From assembly GCF_008831285.2 (NCBI RefSeq), contig NC_045138.2, forward strand, positions 42,222,001 through 42,286,000: a stretch of DNA of 64,000 bases, read 5' to 3'. The stretch's first letter is position 1. Every line of letters starts with the position of its first letter. A program made the translations under genes and the position numbers. Under the pieces are notes generated by a model. The model was not told the origin of the DNA and did not search any database. It was given only the letters and a program-made list of their open reading frames with translations. The stretch is from Nymphaea colorata. Taxonomy: Eukaryota. Of the stretch, positions 25,401-37,100 are shown piece by piece.

Positions 25401-28101
25401 CATCAGCCATTATAGCAGCAGGTACTGTTTACTTTCTGTTGTTTAGGATTTGGTGCAAATAAAAACATATTCTCCCATATCTTCGTTGTATGGTGGCTTT
25501 TAGATTATTTATGAATGTCTTCATGTAGCCATAAAATAGATCATCTTCCTGATAATTCAAATCATTGCAGACGCTTCTCTCAGAGCAGGCTTGCTAGGGA
25601 GCTATGATTTTCCCAAGTTTGATTCGTTGTTTATTAATTACATTTCCTTTACAACTTGCAAGTTGAGAAGTAAACTCTAAGCTAAGTATCACATAATACT
25701 TATCTTATTTAATCTGTCTATGCAATTCGGTCGTTTGACATAATTTTTCTTTATGGTCTATGAGAAAGGGAAATGAAACGTTTTTGAACGTGTTAGTCAA
25801 GAATCAAGATTATTGATATGAAGACCAAGGTTCCTGTTTATCCTAGTCTTTTGCCATTGTTAAGAACAAACGACAAGACTTGCTAATGCTGACCGATGCA
25901 CACGTGTTCAGGCAAAACCAAAAGAGGAGTGGAAAGATCCTGTCTTATGGGCTTCCTACCTCAAATATACTATTGCTGCAGAAGGGGTATGCGTCTAACT
26001 GTAGAGAAACGAAGACAAGAATTATGAAATCTCATCTAGAATGACCAATCCATAAATCCAATATTGTAATGGAGCCGCGGTGCATGGCATTTGTATTTTT
26101 TAAGAATATGGAAATTTCAGGAAATTTGGATTCAAATTATTTTTTCACAATAAAAGAAGATCTAACATTTTGTCTTGGGAATTAACCTCAGTTTTTGAAG
26201 CCACAAGAAGGTAAACTGGAATTTTAGTTGGTTTGGGATTTGGAAAATCAATCTTCTAGAGTTGCAAAGGTCATCATTTGGACAAAGAGGATCAGCATCA
26301 AACCTGTGTCTTATTGAATGCTTTGCTAGATACACTCACAGGCTGCATGCCAGATTTGGTGGCACAGAAATTTGAAGCCGCATTGATGAAGGATGGCAAA
26401 AGCATGCGCTTCCTTTGACTCTTTGTACTGTGTAAGTCCAGGTAGAAGGAGATCCTTATTCCGTGATAGGGGAATGTAGAATCAATGTTTAGGACATGGT
26501 GCATGCCGTTGCACTTTAAGAGCAGCCTTATTTGCAGTCCTATGGTGCTTTCGTTATGGTAGGCGAGTGAAGGGAGAAAGAATAGACCTTCCATCTCAAT
26601 GACTAAAGACAAGCTAAGAGAGCTGCTTAGTATCACTTTGATTAAGAGGACATCGGCTTCATTCTGGATGTGTCAACAAGTATGCTCCTTCTATGAAAGG
26701 ATCCTCTTGGGGCTGCCTTTTCAGGTTTATCTGACTAACTTTGATTGCATCCCTCTCATATAGACACATAAAGATATCTTGATGTTTCATGTCAATTTAT
26801 CTTGTTAGTAAATCACAAAACTAGAAACTCTGAAGAATCAAGGAGAAGTGCAAGAACTTCTTTGCATGAACAGCTACCTCCAGAAACTTTTTAATTTTGA
26901 ATATTTTATTATAATCTGCATTACAGTTCAGAGAGTGGTTTCTCTAATGATAACAAGTATCTTTCAAAGCTGTGGGCAGAGCGCTTGAGGATTTTAGTCT
27001 TGGGCAAACATAGGCACTGGACAGACTGTAATCTTCCTTCAAGAGATAGTCCTTCATGGGCAGTAGCATGTCAAGTTTGACATGTGAATGTCAATTTGTT
27101 GGCTGGATGCCAGAGATGCAGGGTGCACCAGATTATGGGTTTGACTTTAGTGGTCAAGTGCACTATTGGTGTCCCCTAGCCAGAAATATAGTGAAAGCGT
27201 TGTTGCAAGAAAGAAAGGTTTCGGACATTGACATGAGTCACAATGGAGGGCCCGTAATAAGAATTTTATCTCCATCATTGATATTTTCGAGGGACCAATG
27301 GACAGGAAGATCATTTGCTTTCCAGAATGCATGCTGATGCTACTCAGTTAGGAACCTGTTAGCAAATGAGGTAAACAAGTTTCATGGGAATACCTTGGAT
27401 GACGTCTGGATAAGGATTCCCAGTTTTTGGCTCCTTAAGTACTTGTGGTCCCTGTTGAATGAGCCCAATTCAAAAGGCCATTTAATAACCAGTTCATTTA
27501 GATGATGTTGATTAATGAATAATCAATAAATGTGTGCCAGTTCCATGGTTATGAGGAATCATTGCCACCACAAGACATGATTTTTTTGGGGATCATTGCT
27601 GCTATCAGAAAGAAGTCAGATCACATTTATTCCTTTTTTCTTGTTATCCCAGTTAAAGTTTTCCTGATTTTGTCATTTATTCTTTGGAAGAAGATGTAAA
27701 TGCTCCTTGGTGGCACTGGGACCTAGAAACTCAGCTAAGGATGTATGCCTGCCACAGAGAGTGAGAAGCTTCTCCTGCTTTATCTTTCAATCAATCTTCT
27801 GCTGAACAATATATTCTTCCATAAAACAATTATTGTTTTTTACAGTTAAAAGTGCCACTAAAAGAGGTTATAGATAATCCTTTTAGTGCACCAAGGATAT
27901 ATGGGTCTTTGTTATGAATCAAAACAATATTTATTATGCATAGGCAGGAACCATGTCTTGCAGACACAGATAAAGGGCAGCCGCCAAGCCCGCGTCAACA
28001 CTTAAAGGCATAACAGCAGTGGTCCAAGCTGTGTAAGTACTCAGGAGCAGTCAACGCACACTATGCCATACTTTGTCCAATTTGGACTTGGTTAACTCTT
28101 G

Positions 28102-28138
<37 letters not shown>

Positions 28139-31100
28139 AAATTTGCACATACATACATATGCATGTTTATATGTATACACAAGTTTCGCGAAATTTCTTT
28201 GTACCTGAGTCTGCACACACACCTGTGTGATATAGGGTTGGAAACTATCCTGGTTGAATTTATAGGTGTTAACATATCATGTATAGGGAACCGGGTCTGG
28301 ATCCAGACCCGGTCCCATGTGCACGGGTACCGAGAGTGGCTCGGTACCCTAGGCAGGTTTCCCTCTTATTTAATCCCACTTATGGTGTAATTATTGATTA
28401 TGTGGAATAACATTTTCTCTCTCCTAGGGTTGCGGTTGTGTCCCTAGGTTAGAGCTTCTCCGTGGTTTTTCACCTCCCTTTGAGGTTTTCCACGTATATT
28501 GTGTGTTCCTTCTCTTTTTCTCCATCTTGGTGTGTGTTTCTACAATAGGCATTTGAATTTTCTGTTACTTTGTCCACTGCATGGAAACAATTTTTAGCTG
28601 TTTGGTGCAGGTTGCTGGTGGCTATTTCCAAAAGTAGGATTCATTGGGCTCAAATCACAAGATTATCTTGGTACTCTTGATATTAGGTTATGGAAGTTAT
28701 TTTAGAGCTGTAATGTTGATCCTTGATATTTCAAAATATCTGCTGTTATACTTATATCTTATGCAGCTCTAGGAGCAATCTTTTCAGCAACTGATACCGT
28801 GTGTACCCTACAGGTTAGTAAACTAGTCCTTATTTTAACTAAACTCTGCTTCAAATTTAAGAAGGAAAAACTCATTATTAGCTCATGTTTCTATATCTGC
28901 TCAGAAATTAAGTCATTAGATTTCATGCAGGTCTTGCATCAAGAAGAGACTCCCTTATTATACAGCCTGGTGTTTGGTGAAGGTGTTGTAAATGATGCTA
29001 CTTCCATTGTTCTTTTTAGAGCAGTTCAGAAGTTTTCGGTTTCTAGACTTGATGGATCCATTGCCACTCGTATTTTTGGAGATTTTCTCTATCTATTCGT
29101 GACAAGTACATGCCTTGGTATTTTGGTGAGTGTCCCATTTTTGAGAGTTCAAAGTAGTTGTGTGGATTTCATGCCTTCCTAGGAAGAATGACTCTTATTG
29201 TTTCTGTTTGTACTGATATTAATCGTTAAGCATTCATATTTTCCTTTACTCTGGTATATGATAATCACACGTTTCAATTTTTTTTAGCTAAGATGCGTCT
29301 AAAATTCTAATTCTTTTTTACTAAGTTCCAGAAAGACTATTTATAGTGTAAATATGGATTATAGTAAGGAAACATGCACTCTGCTGTATCTGTCTACCCC
29401 AGTTTTCTTTCATGAAGGATCACATATGAGGCATAGTCACTAATATTGCCCAATATTTTTGAAAATATCTTAATATCTTCTTCATTCTAAGGGCAGCTGA
29501 CATTATTGCCAAAATATTGTGATTATTAAGATTTCTTCCCAGAATATATAACATGACACTCTAATGGTATTTTCCTTTTCTTAGAAAAGTATATATTTTA
29601 ACATATACCTTTTACTTTTGCTTCTTTTATAATATTGAAAAGCTTTTATGACTGTTTCCTAGTGCTTTTATATAAGAAAAATGTATAAAGAATTTATATC
29701 TTCATAAATTCATATACTATTCTCTTTACTAGTTTACTTTTTTCAATTTTTGAGATTTGTCCAGAAAAACAAGGTTCTTTAACAAGTTTCTGAGAGAAAC
29801 CTTTTTGAGGAATCTCCAAGGACAATGTTTGTTACTATGGTGTGAGGGTGTCGGTTGACTGAACAATTCTCCATCTTTGATGATCTCTTGAACAAATTTT
29901 CTCGCTCTGATTCGTTCTTCAGCATCCAACTCCATATAAGGAATAGAATTATAGAATACATTTTGGGGATAGGGGGCCTTCCACAGAATAACTTGGTTAG
30001 AAAGATGCCATGGGCTAATAGTAGGAGAGACATTCACTGTCAGGGGATGCCTCGTCCATAGATGATCTTCTTTTGTGCCTCAATAACTAGGATACACTTT
30101 ATACCATGTATATGCATGTGATTACAGTGGATGTGGAAAACATTAAAGTAGACATTCTATGGAAAGATGGTAAGTTCCTTGCCATGCACAAGAGGCACAC
30201 CGATTGGTCCATGTGTAATAAGCACTCTGTACATCCATTAGTGTTTTTCCAAGTTGTCATGCACAAAGTTATGTGTATTACCATCTCTATATTCAATTGC
30301 ATTTGCTTATCCCAAGACGGGTGGGATAATTTATTAAACAATAAATGCAAGGATGTCTCCACTCCATTATTAGGTCATGGGTGTGAAAGTAGAAAAACAG
30401 GAGCTTCTGAAATGTGGTAATGATGAATATATATCTCTATGTGGGCATATGCACATTACATATATAGGTGGTACTTGATTTTTAGGGATGCACTCACATT
30501 ACATTCATTGCCCACTTTTGTTATGGTACGTTATGAATATCATCAATTTATTTGTATTGTTTACATGAAAAGCACATTGTTATATTGCTATAACAAGTAT
30601 AGGTTGTCTTTTCATTTGCAAATTCATGAGTATGTGCTTAGTTTCAGTGTGCCACTAATGGGAACATAGGATTAGAAAAGCCATGCTTTGATAGCATGAC
30701 ATGAATTTTCATCTTGAAGTTCCTGAGTAGGAGGCAGTTTCTCTCTAGAATTGTCTCTACCTTTCTTTACTAGTTGCACTCCTTTATTTCCGTGATGTTT
30801 TTTTCTCTTACTGCAGACTGGGCTTATGACTTCTTACGTTACGAAGACTTTGTATTTTGGTAGGTAAGGTCGTTTATCTTGCTCTTCTTAAGGCTGTAAT
30901 TTGCCCGTCTGAAATGGACTGCACTAAATTGTTTCCGTTTCACAGACACTCTACAGATCGTGAGATATCTTTGTTGGCCTTGATGGCCTATCTGTCGTAC
31001 ATGGTTGCAGAGGTTAGGAGTTGATAGTTCTCACTTAGTTCTTATATATGTTTATGTAGTAAGTAAACAAATGGTTTCTGAGTTATGGACTTAACCATTT

Positions 31101-34100
31101 AACCTCTGCAGCTGTTGCACTTAAGTGGCATTCTCACTGTCTTCTTTTGTGGAATAGTTATGTCCCATTATGCATGGCATAATACAACAGAGAATTCCAG
31201 AATTACAACAAGGCAAGTTATTTGGAAATGAAGATGATTTATGTTTCAGATGTGACATAATGCTTAATTGATTTGTTCATTCATAAATTCTCCCTTTAAG
31301 AAGACTTTCCGTCAATAAGCAAAATGTTTACGTTATTTTTGTGTAGGTGTATTTTTCATTACATGCATTAAAGTGACAGCAATATTGTTAAGACGTGTTT
31401 ATATTCAATATTAGGCTTGAGAGGGCACTTGTGTAATAATGTTTCTTTTAATGACTTTCTTGTAACTTTTCCCTCTCCTCTAGTCTATATAAAGAGGAGT
31501 TAGGGTTTCTTTCGAGGTTAATCAAAGATTAGTTCTCTTGAAATTTATCATGGTATCAGAGCCCATCGGCGTCAGTTGTCGCCGCCGCCTGATCGGCGTC
31601 AGCTGTCGCCGCCGTCTGATCGTTTGCCTCCTGATCGTTTGCCTCTTGCCCGTCGCCGCCGCCGCCTGATCGTCCTGCCCGTCGCCGCTGTCTGATCGTC
31701 CTGCCCGTCGCCGCCGGCTGTCCGACCGTCCCCTGCACCCGCCTGCGCGTGTGCACTCTGCCGTTGCTCCGCTGTCTGTCGCTGCTCCGCCCAGCAGACT
31801 GAACGCCTGCGCCCGTTGATGCTTCGCCTGTTCTGCCAGCGTCCTCTCTGGCTCTTTCGTTTAGTCTGCTCTCTTTTACACAGCCGTCTTCTCGTCTAGG
31901 TCAACATGTCTCGTCTGATTGAGTATTGGTTGCTATCATCTTTATGATCTTTTCGTAGTTATATACATGTGATTGTATATTTCTGCGCTTCTTATTCCGT
32001 GGCTCGGTTTCCTCCTTTTTTTTTGAGTTAAAAGATGTCTGAAATTAGTAGTGGAGCTAATACCTCTTCCTTTGTATCGTCGGGAGAGATGAAGAGTTCC
32101 CCATTTTTCAGCATTATCACCAAAATGGATGGGGGTAATTACGAGATGTGGGCCATGCAAGTAAAAAGAACCTTGATCGCTCATGACAAGGAATATCTCA
32201 TATTGGAGCCCGAGCTCGTACAGAAGGTTGGAAAATATACTACTTGGTTCAAAGATAATTCGTTGGTTATGGTATGGATTGTTGGTACTCTCTCTCAAGA
32301 AATTGCAAATGAAGTCTTGCACAAGGAAAGTGCAAAGGATATGTGGGATTCCCTTGCTGCCACGTATTCACAGGCAAGAAATGAAACGCGCATTATGCAG
32401 CTTCATCATGATATTCATCAGATGCGACAAGATGGCCGACCTCTTCACACTTATTATTCTAGTCTCAAGTCCATGTTTGAGAGACTGAATAGCTACTTTC
32501 CCGCATGCAAGTGTGAACAACAAAAAACATACAGAGATATGCTTATGGTAGGGGTATTTCTTTCTGGTTTAGACTCTGTTTATGAATCAGCAAAGAACCA
32601 AATGCTTACTAGTCCCTCGATTCCTCCTATTGATGAGGCTTACAGTAGGCTAAGCAGAATTCCGATCTCTACATCGACTGTTCCTGATACCACTTCTACT
32701 ATGCTTGCTACTCGTGGCAGAGGTGGACCCTTTTTTGCCAGAGGACGAGGGGGCCGTGGCCGTGGCAATACCCCTTTGCGCCCTGTATGTCAGTTTTGTC
32801 ACCGCATTGGTCATACTGTGGATAAGTGTTGGCAGAAACATGGCCGTCCAGCTTTTGCAAATCAGACTGTATCTACTGATTCTCCTGAGCAGCCTAAGCC
32901 TCAGCACACTGCCTCCTCCAGTGAGCTGCATGTAGATGACATTCTCTCTCAGTTGAGGAACTTGATTGGCGACAGAGCCCATCAAGCCCCTGGTCCGACC
33001 ACTTCTACTGTTCCTACCGCTGCGAGTGCTTCTTCATCTGGTATGTATTCTGCCTATACAGTCTGCTCTGCTACTGACACTACAGATTGGCTTATTGATT
33101 CTGGTGCATCGACACATCTCTGTGGGGATAAGGCGCAATTCACCTCTTACGTCCCTACTCCACCGGGTCGTTCGGTTATTCTAGCAGATGGAAAATATTC
33201 ACCAGTTGTTGGACATAGAGAGGTCCAACTTACTTCATCATTGCTGCTGCAGCACGTTCTTCATGCACCAGAATTCCCCCATAGCCTACTTTCTATCAGT
33301 CAGATTACCAGAGAATTAAATTGTCGTGCTATATTTAACTCTTCCTCTCTTGTGTTTCAGGATATACTGACGGGCAGGGTGATTGGCAGTGGCCGTGAAC
33401 AGGGAGGTCTCTACAGGCTAGTGCATTCCTTTCCCTTTGCTGGATCTACCTCGTCGGGGTCGTCCTCATCCTCGGCTTATACTTGGCATTTACGTTTTGG
33501 ACATCTCCCGTTTCAGAAACTGCTGCATGTTCTCCCTCAGCTGTCTCATAAGTCTTCTTTTCAATGTGAGTCTTGTCAGTTAGGCAAACACCATCGGTCA
33601 TCCTTTCCTCTGCGGTCCAGTAGAAGTAGCCACTCTGTGTTTGAGTTACTTCATTTTGATGTTTGGGGCCCGAGTCGTACTCCTGACCTTCAGGGTCATC
33701 GGTATTATCTTGTTGCTGTTGATGATTACAGTCGTGTTAGTTGGGTTTTTCTTATGAAACACAAATCTGAAGCGGGTCATGTAATAAAAAATTTTATCAA
33801 TGAAATTCTGACTCAGTTTGATACTTGTGTCAAGATTGTGCGCTCTGAAAATGCTCTTAAATTCTGTGCTTCCTCTTTAGAACAATTTTTCAGGGATAAG
33901 GGTATCATTCACCAAACTTCTTGTGCCTATACCTCAACAAAATGGGGTTGCTGAAAGAAAACACCGACATATTCTTGATGTCGCCAGAACCATTATCATC
34001 CACAGCCATGTTCCCCATTCTTACTGGGGAGATGTTGTTCTTACAGCATGCTATCTTATTAATCGCATGCCGTCATCTGTGTTGGGAGATCTTATTCTTT

Positions 34101-37100
34101 TCTCTGTCCTTTTTCCTGCCAGAGAATTGTTTTCTGTTGCCCCTCGTATTTTTGGATGTGTTGCGTTTGTTCAGTTGCTTGGTCCTGGGAGAGATAAGTT
34201 ATCCCCTCGGGCTATCAAAACGATCTTTGTTGGTTATTCCCGCACTCAAAAGGGATATCGCTGTTATGATCCTTCTACTCGTCGATATTATGTGAGTGCT
34301 GATGTTACATTTTTTGAGTCAACCTCTTATTTCTCTCCAAATGGAACTCAATTACGGGTGCCTGAATTTAGTGATGAAGTCCACCTTCCTTTACCTCTCA
34401 TGAGTTGTCCACAACCAGTTGCTTTGCGTTTTGGGGCTATCTACTAACGTTGCACTAAACCTGTTGAACCTGCCCACTGTGCTCCTGTGCCTTCACCCAG
34501 CACGCCCAAGGTAATTCCTGAACACACAAATTCTGCTGACAATTCTTTATGTGATGATGACACAGGGGACTCTCCAGAGCATGCTCCTGGTCCTCATATT
34601 AATGAACTTGATATGCCCATTGCTCAAAGGAAAGGCAAACGCAGTTGCACTTTGCATCCTCTCTCTGGTCATTTATCCATGGATAGACTCACTCCTACTT
34701 ACCGACAGTTTGTCAAGGGACTGTCGGCTTTAGCTCTTCTATAGTCTCCCATGAACGCTCTTTCTGATCCCAAATGGGTCGCAGCAATGCAAGAAGAGAT
34801 GGATGCTCTTCAGTCTAGAGGCACCTGGACACTAGTTACTCCTTCATCTGATGCAGCTATTGTTGGTTGTAGATGGGTATTTACTGTTAAATACAGAGCA
34901 GATGGCAGCATTGAGAGATATAAGGCTCGCCTGGTTGCTAAAGGCTATACTCAGACTTATGGGGTTGATTATTATGATACCTTCTCTCCTGTGGCACGAC
35001 ATGCTTCTTTACGGGTTCTTCTCGCTGTTGCAGTCAGCAAGAATTGGTCTCTATCACAGCTTGATGTCAAAAATGCCTTTCTGTATGGTGACCTACATGA
35101 AAAAGTGTATATGCAGCAACCACCAGGGTTTGTTGCTGAGGGGGAGTGTCAGAAAGTGTGCAGATTGAGAAAGGCAATTTATGGTCTGAAACAAAGTCCT
35201 CGAGCTTGGTTCCAAAAATTATCAGAGAATATTGAGAATGAGGGCTTCAGACGTTCTTCGGCCGATCATTCCCTTTTTGTCAAGAAAACTTCTACAGTTT
35301 CAGTAATAGTTCTTGTCTATGTTGATGATATCATTGTTACAGGGAATGATATTCAGGGGATTTCCAACATCAAGGATGTCCTTGGACGACACTTTGTCAC
35401 CAAGGATCTTGGTGAGCTACGCTATTTCCTAGGTATTGAGTTTGCCAGAAATCAGAAGGGTCTTATTATGTGTCAAAGGAAATATGTTACTGATGTTTTG
35501 CAAGAGACAGGTATGCTAGGATGTCGACCTGCCTCTACACCCATGGACATCAATACTCGCTTGTATGATGATGATACTGAAGATGTTGATGCTAGACAAT
35601 ATAGAGGGATTGTTGGGAAGCTCCTATATATCACTGTTACTCGACCTGATATTGCCTATGCTGTCAGCAGAGTGAGTCAATTTATGGATAAGCCCAAGAA
35701 AGTCCATTGGGATGCTGCTATGATGATTCTCAGGTATCTAAAAAATTCACCAGGAACGGGACTCTTCTTTCAAAATGGTACATCTCTCACTATATCTGTG
35801 TATGTTGATGCTGATTATGCGGGATGTCACCTTGACAGAAAATCCATTACTGGATTTTGTGTGTTTATTAGATCCAAATTGGTCACATGGAAGAGTAAGA
35901 AGCAGACAGTGGTTGCTAGATCAAGTGCAGAATCTGAGTATAGAGCTATGGCTCAGGCTACTGCTGAAGTTATGTAGGTTAGATCTCTGATGTTGGATCT
36001 TACTGTGGAAGTGCCTCTTCCTATGCAATTGTTAGGTGATAACAAAGCTGCTCTGTTTATTGCTAATAATCCTGCTTTTCATGAGAGAACCAAGCATGTT
36101 GAAGTAGATTGTCACTATACCAGAGACATGATTCAAAAGGGGTTTGTGAGTACCTCCCATATTTCAACTACAGGGCAAACGGCTGATATTTTTTACTAAA
36201 GCTCTTGCAAGAGGACCATTCCAAAGTTGTTGTTCCAAGTTGAGCTTGTTTGACAGATACGCTCCAACTTGAGGGGGAGTGTTAAGACGTGTTTATATTC
36301 AATATTAGGCTTGAGAGGGCACTTGTGTAATAATGTTTCTTTTAATGACTTTCTTGTAACTTTTCCTTCTCCTCTAGTCTATATAAAGAGGAGTTAGGGT
36401 TTCTTTCGAGGTTAATCAAAGATTAGTTCTCTTGAAATTTATCAAATATAATACATGTGGCACTTTTGAAACGTGATTATCTGCATTTGGCTGGGATTAT
36501 TGTTTATTCTTAAATTTTTGATATGGAACTATTCTGAGGCCGTTCTCATGCATATGGTTTTAGTACTGTCTACCCCTTAAGGAATCCAAATCAGTGTTGC
36601 GTCTATGTCCCAACTATTATACATGACTAATACCAACTGTAGAACGCGACCTGAACATTGGTTTAAATTTCCAATTTGTAAAATTCCCAACACACCCCTA
36701 CCATAGTTCAGTTGAGTAATCAAAAGGGTTAGGTATGAAGGCGCAAGGTAGTTATGAGATTGGAGTACATGTGTTTTTCATTCTTTCTTGAATTTTCGAT
36801 ATCAAACTATTTTGCAGCCCATTCCTGTATGTGAGATGTTACAGTTTAGTTATGTTTCTTTTAAAATATTGGTCTTTTTTCGTTAGTCATTACTCATTAT
36901 ATAACTGATCTATCCCTGAGAACTAGCACAAATCCTCACATTATTGTGTTATACATGCTTTTTCTAAACATGTTTTCAACAGTTAATAGAATTTAACATT
37001 GTATGTTGTTTGTATCTTTTGTTGCACTTACTTGTAGGAGCCTTGGTTTTTGTATTAGATCCTTCTTTGCATATCTTTGTATTGATTTGGGTTCTTTAAA

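Larger units (their letters stand above)
31386..36444 (+). mobile_element. Full-length Ty1/copia (Ale-like, short LTRs) in NHX intron 9
   Basis: 165-bp LTRs at 31386-31550 and 36280-36444 with 1 mismatch. TSD AATAT (31381-31385, 36445-36449). PBS TGGTATCAGAGCC (31551-31563). PPT TGAGGGGGAG (36270-36279). Domain order gag-PR-INT-RT-RH. Confidence 0.97.

Noticed and set aside
26300..27650. Possible decayed LINE 3' region in NHX intron 3
   Set aside because: Only vague Trp-spaced similarities, and the short ORFs have no diagnostic motif.
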